Shown here piece by piece: positions 41,995 through 51,839 of a stretch of 64,000 bases of DNA. This DNA is from Candidatus Bathyarchaeota archaeon (GTDB lineage: Archaea; Thermoproteota; Bathyarchaeia; Bathyarchaeales; Bathyarchaeaceae). The stretch lies in NCBI GenBank assembly GCA_963697165.1, contig CAVOMX010000011.1:1-64000 (forward strand), written 5' to 3'. The notes beneath the pieces were generated by a model, which was not told where the DNA came from, searched no databases, and saw only the letters and a program-made list of their open reading frames with translations. Position 1 is the first letter of the stretch. Each line of letters starts with the position of its first letter. The position numbers and the translations under genes were made by a program.

Positions 41995-43158
41995 TTAGTT
42001 ACACATGTTTGAATAAACACAGCTCATAATAGCCGCAATAATGCTTCCGACGAAATCTCCTAAATTATCTACAGCTGCTAAACGGGTATCATCAAGTTTG
42101 AGGTTCTCTGACTGATTCTTGTTACATAAGCAATTGATTACGGCCGTTTCAAAGATTCCAATGATCATGTACTTGTCGAACATGTCTCTTGGAATCAAAC
42201 CCGCTTTTACATCATCGTCAAGTCTGAAACCTGCAATTACAAAGGGAGCCACTTTCGGATCAGACAATGCATGCTGTACTTCTTCTTTAAATTGATCAAA
42301 ATGTTCAGCAAGCTTGGGATGAGTACCCAAAAAGAGATTCATTGCGTGTTCAATGCAAATCTTTCTTTCTTTTAATCGTTTTGTTAAACATCTATCCGCA
42401 ACAACTTGTTGCTCGTTATAAAGAGTCTTCTTTAACGATTCTTTGACAGATTTGCCTACAAGTTCCCCCAACACCGTTGCGGTTCCTGCATATTTAATAG
42501 GTGTTCCCCGTTTTGTACATGCAACAACTACGCTGTCTGTTACTGTTCCGCTGGCGAGATCTCCAGAAAAGCAACTTCTGATATCTAGTTCTCTAAGGGC
42601 TACGGTCTTGGCTTCTATAACAGTTTTTAGTATGTCAACCATGCAGCTTTCCGTAAGATTTCCATCGATAAGCAAGATGATGTTAATTGTACCAACTGAA
42701 TCGATTTTGGAAGAGTTTGGTTTAGAAATGGTAAGTTCTCCTGCCGTGGCTGCAACTTCGACCCCCGCAGTCACGAAGGCGTTTAAGGTTATGTCTTGAT
42801 GTCTTTGATGTGAAACATCCACGTTTCGCACATCGGCATGTGTCATAATTCCCACGACCGCATCTTGGTCAATACCTAGTTTTACTAAAGCTCTTTTTAG
42901 AATGATTTCTGGGTTTTCATGAAGTTCTTTGTCAAGGTCTTCGTAGCTTCTGTCACAGTTCTCGTTATTATCTTCTGGCACATGAATGCTGATTATTTTG
43001 TTTGCTTTCCTGAAACCGCCATTATGGACGGCTGAGCTAAGCACCTCAAGAGGTCGTTCAGAGGATATAACCAGTTTGTGTTTGTCCACATCAGCTTTGA
43101 TGAAATCAATGGATGTTTGCAGTCTCATTTTCAGATACCTTCTCATAGGGTGTTGCAT
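41995..43158 (-). CDS. cbiZ: Adenosylcobinamide amidohydrolase with a C-terminal CobZ-like domain
   Basis: LSSAVHNGG, VTAG, GTINIILL, EAKTxAL, ASGTVTDS, YAGTAT. Confidence 0.88.
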   Translation of the reverse strand: MQHPMRRYLKMRLQTSIDFIKADVDKHKLVISSERPLEVLSSAVHNGGFRKANKIISIHVPEDNNENCDRSYEDLDKELHENPEIILKRALVKLGIDQDAVVGIMTHADVRNVDVSHQRHQDITLNAFVTAGVEVAATAGELTISKPNSSKIDSVGTINIILLIDGNLTESCMVDILKTVIEAKTVALRELDIRSCFSGDLASGTVTDSVVVACTKRGTPIKYAGTATVLGELVGKSVKESLKKTLYNEQQVVADRCLTKRLKERKICIEHAMNLFLGTHPKLAEHFDQFKEEVQHALSDPKVAPFVIAGFRLDDDVKAGLIPRDMFDKYMIIGIFETAVINCLCNKNQSENLKLDDTRLAAVDNLGDFVGSIIAAIMSCVYSNMCN

Positions 43159-43300
43159 ACCGAAATTTAAGTTATTCCAGAATATCAGATTTGAACCCTG
43201 AACGCGTGTAATGAATTGTTTATAATAAACCCAAAAAAACGAACAAGCATAGGTAAAAGCATATTTGTTGACAGGGCATAATGGAACACATGCACTAGAC

Positions 43301-44650
43301 CTAGAGATTTCTTCGTAAGACTGCTAAAAAGCCATCTCGCCTGATTTTTCTAAGTATACTCTTTGGTGACCTGTGGAAATCTCTGAGGAATTTTCTTTGA
43401 AGTTTTAGCAGCATGTTATAATCGAAATCGTCAGTCTTAACGTAAGCCACAAAATCTTCGAAACGATCGTAAAGACCATTCTTTATAACCTCGTCATACA
43501 AAACACTGCCCGGATACGCCACAAAAATGTTGAAATGGATCCAATCAGGATTCAGTTTCTTGGCAAAATTGAACGTGGCTTTCATGTCACTGACTGTTTC
43601 TCCGGGTATCCCCAACATTAAAGAACAGGAGATTTGGATTCCCTCTTCTCTACAAAGCTTAAACGCGTTAACCGTCTGCTCAAGAGAAACACCCTTATTG
43701 AGTTTCTTCAAAATATGAGGAGACCCTGATTCCACACCAAACCAGATAGTTCTGCATCCAGCAGCCCTCATTTCCTTCAACAAATCTCGCGAAACCAAAT
43801 CAGCTCGGGTATCGCAAATCCATTCAATGTCCAGTTCAGACTTTAAGAGTCTACAGAATTCGATTGTTCTCTTTTTGTTAATCGTGAAATTGTCTCCAAT
43901 AAAATAGATTCCTTGTGAACCATACTTGTTGACAAGATGATCAATCTCCTCTACAACACGAGAGGGACTAAAGGCGCGACACTTGGATCCCCATAATCCC
44001 TTAGTGTCACAAAAAGCACAATTGTATGGGCATCCCCGTATTACGTTCATTGTGTCCACGGGATTAGCATCCAAAAATTCCATCTTTCTCAAGTAAAGGT
44101 CCATCGGCAGTAAATGTCTAGCCGGAAAAGGAATCTGATCCAAGTCACTAATTAGAACCGGAGCATTTTTCGCTACTTTCCCATTATATCTGCAAGCGAC
44201 GCCCGGAATTTTGGAAATAACTGAATCGTCGTCACCTTTTGTAATGCTGTTTGCAAGCTCCACAATTGCACGTTCGCCTTCTCCCATAACCACATAATCT
44301 ATCTCTGGATGCTGCAACATGCTCTCAGGCAAGTATGAAGGATGCCAGCCGCCTACTACAACCGTGCAGGAAGGAAGCACCTCTTTAACTGCCTTAGCAG
44401 TTTCAATACAGCGCTGATAAGTTACTGAACCACAGGTTATGCCAACAATTTGTGGCGCAAGCCTTCTGACTTCACTTTTTATGTAATCTGTTGGCTTCTT
44501 AAGCATATAATTATCAATTATTTCTACCTGAAAATCAGCCTTTTCGAGAGCCGCAGCGACATAAGCTAGCCCCAGTGGAGGAAGTTTTCTACCAAAAATC
44601 CAAGGCGAATCTTCTGGCGGAGCTGTCGTCATCAACAAAATCACTTGCAG
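43301..44650 (-). CDS. Cobalamin-binding radical SAM protein #1
   Basis: PPLGLAYVAA, GGWH, GEGE, RGCPYNCAFC, GVESG; AGGAG RBS 5 nt before CTG 44650 (GTG 44644 alternative). Confidence 0.92.
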   Translation of the reverse strand: MQVILLMTTAPPEDSPWIFGRKLPPLGLAYVAAALEKADFQVEIIDNYMLKKPTDYIKSEVRRLAPQIVGITCGSVTYQRCIETAKAVKEVLPSCTVVVGGWHPSYLPESMLQHPEIDYVVMGEGERAIVELANSITKGDDDSVISKIPGVACRYNGKVAKNAPVLISDLDQIPFPARHLLPMDLYLRKMEFLDANPVDTMNVIRGCPYNCAFCDTKGLWGSKCRAFSPSRVVEEIDHLVNKYGSQGIYFIGDNFTINKKRTIEFCRLLKSELDIEWICDTRADLVSRDLLKEMRAAGCRTIWFGVESGSPHILKKLNKGVSLEQTVNAFKLCREEGIQISCSLMLGIPGETVSDMKATFNFAKKLNPDWIHFNIFVAYPGSVLYDEVIKNGLYDRFEDFVAYVKTDDFDYNMLLKLQRKFLRDFHRSPKSILRKIRRDGFLAVLRRNL

Positions 44651-44839
44651 TTCTTCTCCTTTTTCTATTCACAGCGTGTGATCTTAAATTATGCAGTGGG
44701 TAATTTATTTATGTATACCAGAAATTATACTTCCCTAAAACAACAAAACCAGCTTCTTTTGCTTGTGCATATGAAAAAACGGAAGCTTTTTAAAATTCTC
44801 ATCGTTAGTACACTTTCATCAAGTGACGGATTTGATAAA

Positions 44840-45997
44840 ATGTCCTGTTCTAGTCCTCCAGGAAAACAGAATGGTCCTCTGATGATAACTTCTTGGAGAG
44901 CTACAGGAGCTTGCAACCTTAATTGTTTATACTGTAATGTTAATGCAAACATGAAGCCATCCCCTGACGAATTAAATACAGAAGAAGCGCTAAATCTTGT
45001 TGACCAAGTTTACGAGTTTGGCTCCCAATGGTTCGGATTAAAAGGCGGAGAACCACTTGTACGAAAAGACGTTTTTGAAATTATTAGTTACGCGAGGAGC
45101 CGCGGGCTTAAGGTATGCCTATTAACCAACGGATACTTCGTGGATGGAGAAATTTACGACAACTTGGTCAAAAACGAAGTTTACACATCAATCAGTATAG
45201 ATGGTCCAGAAAAAGTGAATGATATCCTAAGAGGGAAAGGGGCATACAAAGCAGCTCTTTCAGCTATCAAAAAATTGTCAAAAGCGGGCATCCTAAACGG
45301 TTTATCGATGGCAGCCACAAGCATAAACTACAAAGAAGCAGAGCATATAGTCAATTTAGCTGAAGAGTACGGCGCAAGGTTTGTGTGGTTCAACCATCTG
45401 GTTCCATCTGGAAGAGCCCACGAAAACGTTCACTTAGAACCAACACCTGAACAGTATGAATGGTTCCTTAACAACGTATACGACTTGACCAAAAAAGAGT
45501 ACAAGCACGATTTTGGGTTCCACATACATTGCCCATTCTACGCCAGAATAGTTAAACAGAGAGATCCAGAAAACTTTTCGGATTGGTACGAGAACGAATT
45601 CACGGGCAAATGCATTTACTTCCTGTTTGGCGGATACCTAAGCGTGCTTGAGAACGGGGACGTAATACCCTGCTTCTATTCTGAAGGCCTAAAAATTGGA
45701 AACATTAAAGAAAAAACATTGACAGAACTCTGGGAAGAAGTTAAAAAATCAGGGTTTTATCCGCAACTACAAGACCCCAATAACCTGAAAGGAAAGTGTG
45801 GAGGCTGTGAATACCGTGACGTATGTGGTGGCGGATGTAGAAATAGAGCACACGCCCAAACAGGTGACTGGTTCGGTTCTGATTTAGCGTGCGGACATGT
45901 GCCTGAGGATAGACAAGAAAACTCTTTGCATACATGTATGCCAGCCACAAGTATAGCATGCGTCAAGAAGGAAAAAAGTAAAAATACACAAGATTAA
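44840..45997 (+). CDS. Radical SAM/SPASM protein, paralogue of 39958..41031
   Basis: CNLNCLYC, GGEPL, PFYARIV, SPASM cysteines; ATG 44840 more plausible than TTG 44645. Confidence 0.9.
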   Translation: MSCSSPPGKQNGPLMITSWRATGACNLNCLYCNVNANMKPSPDELNTEEALNLVDQVYEFGSQWFGLKGGEPLVRKDVFEIISYARSRGLKVCLLTNGYFVDGEIYDNLVKNEVYTSISIDGPEKVNDILRGKGAYKAALSAIKKLSKAGILNGLSMAATSINYKEAEHIVNLAEEYGARFVWFNHLVPSGRAHENVHLEPTPEQYEWFLNNVYDLTKKEYKHDFGFHIHCPFYARIVKQRDPENFSDWYENEFTGKCIYFLFGGYLSVLENGDVIPCFYSEGLKIGNIKEKTLTELWEEVKKSGFYPQLQDPNNLKGKCGGCEYRDVCGGGCRNRAHAQTGDWFGSDLACGHVPEDRQENSLHTCMPATSIACVKKEKSKNTQD

Positions 45998-46191
45998 ACA
46001 TCAAAAAATTGAAGCCATGATTTGCAGCACAATTCAGTCAAGTTTGTGGATTTGGGCTATTAGTGTGTTTGATTTAAGTAATGGCGCGACTGTTAGATAC
46101 ATAAAAGCGCCATTTTCTAAATTTGTCACCAATAGATACAAAACTTAGCAGGGGTGAACAGTTTATACAGCAAAGGCATCAGGAGTGACGT

Positions 46192-47769
46192 TTGATGGAT
46201 GCAGACTTGGTTTTAATTGATTGTAATGTTTTGACAATGAATCCAGCTCAGCCTCATGCAGAAGCAATAGCAATGAAAGAGGATAGAATTGTCAAGGTCG
46301 GCACAAAAGAAGAGATCAGCAGATGTGTTGGAAAAAACACAAAAATAATTGAACTAAAGGGATCAACGGTTGTTCCAGGATTAATAGACACTCATTTGCA
46401 TATTGCCGATTTTGGAAGGTTCTTAAAGTGGCTTGATTTGAATGGTGTCAAATCCATCAAAGAAATGCAGAAGGAAATCAAAAAGCGTGTACAGGAGACG
46501 CAGAAAGGAAAATGGATTTTAGGCAAGGGATGGAGCCAAACAAGTTTCGTTGAGAGCCGATATCCAAACAGTCAGGACTTGGATGAAGTCGCAGTAGACT
46601 ATCCAGTCATTCTTTATCACCAAAGTGGTTGTATGGGTGTCGTCAATAGCAAAGCACTAGAATTAGCGGGAATAACAAAGGAAACAAACGCTCCAGCAGG
46701 GGGAACAATAGAGCAGGACCCAGAAACAGGTGAGCCAACGGGTGTCTTGCGTGAGAACGCCATGAATTTGATATGGACGATCATTCCCGAGCCAGATGAA
46801 AAAGAGGTTTTAGATGCAACTAGACTAGCATGCGAAAAGGTTGTGCAAGCCGGAGTAACCAGCGTAAACTGGATTGTTTCATCATTGAGCGAGACTCAAA
46901 TAATTCAGAGACTTCGTGCAGAAAACAAGTTACCCATAAGAGTTTATATTATATTTCCAGCAAATATTTTGGATCAAATAACCGGTTTATGTTCACGTAC
47001 AGATCTTGACGATGATTGGGTACGGATTGGCGCAGTTAAAATTTTTGTTGATGGGTCTCTAGCTGCGCGAACGGCTTCTCTGAAGGAGCCATACAGCGAC
47101 GACATTACAGTAAAAGGAAGCCTGCTATACACGCAAGAGGAGATTAACACGTTAGTTGCCAAACTTCACAAAGCCAATTTTCGTCTAGTAATACATGCTA
47201 TGGGCGACCAGGCCATAGAAATGGTGGTAAATATCCTAGAAAAAACTTTGAAACAATCACCTAAAAAAAATCATCGTTATCGCATAGAGCACGCGTCAGT
47301 TCTCAACAAAGACTTGATTCAACGAATCAAGAAACTAGGAGTAAACGTGGCGATACAACCGTGCACCGTCATTTCCGAGTTTACGGCATGGTCAGCAATT
47401 GAACGTTTAGGAGCCAAAAGAGCCAGATGGCTGTATCCGCTTAAAACACTCATTAAAGAAGGCATACGGGTTAGCGGCGGATCGGACTGTCCAATGGAAC
47501 AGATAAGTCCCTTTGCAGGCATGCAAGCAGCAGTAACGAGGCAATTCTTTCCTGAGGAACAAATTACAGTTTACGACGCCTTACGTATGTACACTGTTAA
47601 CGCGGCATACGCATCCTTTGATGAGAACATCAAGGGATCAATTGAAGAAAACAAACTGGCAGACCTCACAGTTATTTCATGTGACCCACGAACAACTCCG
47701 CCGTACCAAATCGAAAATATTAAAGTGCAAATGACTATTGTGGGCGGAAAAATTGTTTACCAAAAATAG
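46192..47769 (+). CDS. YtcJ-like metal-dependent amidohydrolase (Amidohydro_3)
   Basis: PGLIDTHLH, VKIFVDG, HAMGD, RIEHAS, GSDCP. Confidence 0.92.
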   Translation: MMDADLVLIDCNVLTMNPAQPHAEAIAMKEDRIVKVGTKEEISRCVGKNTKIIELKGSTVVPGLIDTHLHIADFGRFLKWLDLNGVKSIKEMQKEIKKRVQETQKGKWILGKGWSQTSFVESRYPNSQDLDEVAVDYPVILYHQSGCMGVVNSKALELAGITKETNAPAGGTIEQDPETGEPTGVLRENAMNLIWTIIPEPDEKEVLDATRLACEKVVQAGVTSVNWIVSSLSETQIIQRLRAENKLPIRVYIIFPANILDQITGLCSRTDLDDDWVRIGAVKIFVDGSLAARTASLKEPYSDDITVKGSLLYTQEEINTLVAKLHKANFRLVIHAMGDQAIEMVVNILEKTLKQSPKKNHRYRIEHASVLNKDLIQRIKKLGVNVAIQPCTVISEFTAWSAIERLGAKRARWLYPLKTLIKEGIRVSGGSDCPMEQISPFAGMQAAVTRQFFPEEQITVYDALRMYTVNAAYASFDENIKGSIEENKLADLTVISCDPRTTPPYQIENIKVQMTIVGGKIVYQK

Positions 47770-48521
47770 TTTTCTGGAATTCTAAACTACATAGATTTGC
47801 ACTTGTTTGGCGGATTCAACAACATTTGATGTCGAAACATTTACCGCAGGTAACAGAAAAGCAATGTAGTATAAAGCAGCAAATACAATAGAAGAATAGT
47901 TTGTTCAAGGAAAAAATAAAGATGATAGTGACTTAAAACTAGAAATTGTAGAAAAAATAGTTGAACACATAACATGCCATATCAAGCAAACTTGGGAAGA
48001 ATTTGTTTCCACATAAAAAAGAAGATTATTATATCTATGAATATCGTCTTTCAGAACCATCGGAACACACTTAAACTTGTATGAAAACCTACTATCTTAA
48101 TACTTGATTTTCATGAATCTGGCGTTTTACTTTTTTGGAATGTAGTACGCTATTATGTAATTGTGACAAAATAACACCTGAGACTTGAGAGGAAAAGTAA
48201 GAGTGTTTATTCATAGAGCATGCAGAGAATATTACCCACTGGATTTAGGAATTCAACTCAAGAAACAGCTAAATAAACTTGACAAAACATCTCCTTTTAC
48301 ACTATTCTAAACACTAAATGAAAAGAATTCCCTTAAGGATTTGAAATAGCATAGTATTCTCTTGTCTCTCTTCTATAGTTAGACCAAGCTACCGTTAACA
48401 AAAGGATTCCACTGTTTGTACATACCAAATATAATTAAGACTTGTAGAATTTACTAAAGAAGAGGGGTTGTAAGCCTTAAAGAAATAAGGAAACTAAAGA
48501 GAGTTTGAGAGATTTTTAAGT

Positions 48522-48809
48522 TTATGATGGTCTCAAGTATATTTTTAGTTGGTTTTTTCTGACTTTGATTATCACACCTTTTTCTTTGCGACAAGCAGAT
48601 CCTTTTTGTAGTGCTGAAATGGCTAGTTTATTTCTAATGGTAGTGTTGGCACCTAGAATTTCTTTGGCAGCTTCTTTAGTTATTTCAACGTCGAGATGAG
48701 TTAATTTCCATTCTTCTGGATCAATAATAACACCTTTGATTTTTCCAAGCTTCATCTCTTCAACATATATTGGTGAACCAATAAGTTCTGGACTTTTTAT
48801 TCTAATCAC
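48522..48809 (-). CDS. PRC-barrel domain protein
   Basis: ELIGxxIY...LGKIKGVIIDxxxWKLTHL pattern. Confidence 0.7.
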   Translation of the reverse strand: MIRIKSPELIGSPIYVEEMKLGKIKGVIIDPEEWKLTHLDVEITKEAAKEILGANTTIRNKLAISALQKGSACRKEKGVIIKVRKNQLKIYLRPS

Positions 48810-49087
48810 CCCCTATCGATAAATATGAGCTTCTTTCTCACACTTATTACTAGCATCATTCTCTGCTAAAGACCCTTTCCATTGTTGGATTGCCTTTTTT
48901 ATCTGACCAATAACAAAGACATAAGACGAAAGTACCAACTAGAAAGTTTTAATATAGTCTCCTATCCTAGAGTCTGAGAAATGATTGTTAAGGTATCAAA
49001 ACAAGACGAGAAGTACCAGTAGTAAACCATCATTTAACTAAAAATGATAAAAATATAAGTCTCAAGTTTCCCAGTGGCGTTGACCTG

Positions 49088-50074
49088 ATGATAAATGTTA
49101 CAGGATTGTTAATCACGCTTTGCGTTCTCGGCTTAGCCATAATCATAGACAGAATTATCGGAGATCCGCCGCCACCTCCATGGAAGTCACTATATTACAA
49201 AATTCATCCAACAGTCTGGATGGGCAGTTTAACAAATTCACTAAAGCCCCATTTCAAGAACTCTAACCCAAAAATCGAAAAAATAAACGGTGTTCTCTTA
49301 GCGCTTGTAGTAATAGCAGTTTTTACGTTACCAGTCTACTTTGGGTTAAAAACTATTTTCACCTCACTTCACGTTATCGTTTATGTTCTAGTTGCCGCTT
49401 TGATACTGAAACTAACTATCTGCATAAAACTGGAAACAGACTGGGGAAAAGCAGCAGCAAAAGCAATCGAATCTGGAGACCTGACAGAAGCCCGAAGGTA
49501 TGCTCACTTTTCGCGAAGAGACAACAAAAATTTGACGGGCCCACTAATAGTCTCTTCTGTTATCGAGTCAATAACCGAAAACCTGACAGATTTTAGACTC
49601 TCTCCCATAATCTATTACGGCTTTTTTGGTGTTCCAGGCGCCGTTGCGTTCAGAGCAATAAACACACTTGATGGAATGGTGGGATTTAGAGACCCTGAAA
49701 ACATCAAAATTGGATGGTTTTCTGCGAAGCTGGACACAGTAGTTAATTATATCCCATCGCGATTAACGGCAATACTGATAGTTCTTGCATCAGCCATTTT
49801 AGGAGAAGACTACAAGAATGCTTGGACAATCGCCCGTCGAGACCAAACCAAGGTTCCTAGTCTAAATCATGGATGGCAAATGGCAGCTATTGCAGGAGCC
49901 CTCAGAGTACAATTAGAAAAACCTGGACACTACATTATTGGCGACCCAACAGAGGAGCTGAATCCAAACAAAATAATACGAACATTAAGAATCCGAAACG
50001 TATCCTTGATACTATGCATACTGTTTATGATTCCAATATTTATACTAATGGACAACTATATATTCCCATTTTAG
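49088..50074 (+). CDS. cbiB: Adenosylcobinamide-phosphate synthase (CbiB family)
   Basis: DRIIGDP, HPTVWMG, IESITEN, FRAINTLDGMVG, A+LD...NYIPSRL, SLNHGW. Confidence 0.92.
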   Translation: MINVTGLLITLCVLGLAIIIDRIIGDPPPPPWKSLYYKIHPTVWMGSLTNSLKPHFKNSNPKIEKINGVLLALVVIAVFTLPVYFGLKTIFTSLHVIVYVLVAALILKLTICIKLETDWGKAAAKAIESGDLTEARRYAHFSRRDNKNLTGPLIVSSVIESITENLTDFRLSPIIYYGFFGVPGAVAFRAINTLDGMVGFRDPENIKIGWFSAKLDTVVNYIPSRLTAILIVLASAILGEDYKNAWTIARRDQTKVPSLNHGWQMAAIAGALRVQLEKPGHYIIGDPTEELNPNKIIRTLRIRNVSLILCILFMIPIFILMDNYIFPF

Positions 50075-50209
50075 ACGATATAATTGACTTTGATGCCTTT
50101 TCATTGGCTTATCGTTATTTTAACATATGTGAATACGATTATGCAAAACATATTAATCGCACGTAACTTCATCTTTGTGGCATAATAAACTTAGGGAAGA
50201 AACTTAAGG

Positions 50210-51588
50210 ATGAACGTAACTCTTGTGAATCCACCATACCCGAAGGGTGCACATCAGCATCCACCATTTACACCCTTAGGTTTAGGATATTTGGCTGCTG
50301 TTTTAGAAAAGAATCAACATCAAGTTGACGTTATAGATTGCCAAGCATCTAAACTTTCATACGAAGATTTTAAACGAGAAATCAGCAAACGCCAACCCAA
50401 CATGGTTGGATTAACATCCACCACTCTCACATACAAGTCAGCCTTGAAAGTAATAAAAATAGTTAAAGAAGTCCACCCAAGATGCTTAACCGTTCTTGGT
50501 GGCTGTCATGTTACGTTCTGGGACGATAAAGCACTGCAAGAATGCCCACAATTGGATTTAGTAGTAAGGAAAGAGGGCGAAAACACGATAGCAGAGATTG
50601 CAGAACGGTTCGAGGCAGGCAAGGACTTTCAGGATATTCTAGGAGTAACATACAGAAAGGGTGAAGAAATCTACGGAATCCAGATAGACCGTACATAGAA
50701 GACCTTGACAGCTTACCGTTTCCATCTCATCATCTTTGGCCTCTTGAGAACCTACGGAAATATGGAAACATAATATTCCCGTTAATGACAAGCCGAGGCT
50801 GCGTCTACTGGTGCGAATTCTGCTCAGCAGTCAGAATGTTCGGGAGAGGATACCGAATGCGGAGTGCAAAAAACGTCGTAGACGAAATCGAGTATCTTCA
50901 CAAAACATATGGCGCACAAAATTTCACATTTTATGATGATGCATTCACGGTAGACCAAGCAAGAGTCGAAGAAATATGCAAAGAAATCCATGAACGCAAA
51001 CTGAAGATAAAGTGGGATTGTGGAACTCGTGTTGACATGGTAACGAAGGATTTGCTTCAGAAAATGAAGGATGCGGGTTGTATTGCCGTATGGTTTGGCG
51101 TCGAGGCAGGATCACAGCAAGTTATAGATGCAATGGGAAAGGGTTTTACAGCAAATAGGACAAAAACGGCGTTTAAATTGGCGCAAGAAACGGGCCTAAT
51201 GACAATTGCAAGTGTAGTTTTGGGATTTCCAGGAGAAACCCGAGAAAGTGCATTGGAAACAATAAAATTTATTGAAGAAATCAACCCAGACGACGTAGGC
51301 TATTATATTGCTACTCCTTATCCAGGGACTCCTATGGCTGAGAATGTGAAGAAAATGGGTTGGCTAAGGGTAACTGACTTTGACAAATATGACACAGCGA
51401 CGCCCATCTTTGAGTTACCCACATTAAGTATGGAAGAAGTGAGAGAAATCCGCGAGAAGGCTTTCCACAGGTTTTATCTTCGTCCGACATACATTCTTCG
51501 CATGTTCGCCAAAGGTGGAACATACGGATTTTCAGCAACAAAAACAGCGCTTGCACATCTAATTAGAGCAATAAAGGCCAAATTCTAG
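50210..51588 (+). CDS. Cobalamin-binding radical SAM protein #2; -1 frameshift at ~50672
   Basis: LVNPPY, PLGLGYLAA, TSRGCVYWCEFC, ATPYPGT. Confidence 0.9.
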
Positions 51589-51839
51589 CACTTAATCAAA
51601 AGGTTATTCACAAATTGTTAGCGTTGCAGTTTCTATATTATGGACAGGCATCACCAAATTATCATTTTATTGAATGGTAATAGCATAAACTGAATTTTAA
51701 GATTGTACATTGGATAAATAGAGAAACAAACAAGGCTTCTGAAATCTTGAACACAAAAAGTATGATTCTACGACAGCATCAGATGAGGTAACGGTCTATT
51801 TACTTTCCCATGGAGACGTGAGTGGACACTTTGTTGCAG

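Noticed and set aside
26102..50074. De novo cobalamin biosynthesis cluster
   Set aside because: No precorrin methyltransferases, chelatase, cbiA or cbiP here; only late/salvage steps
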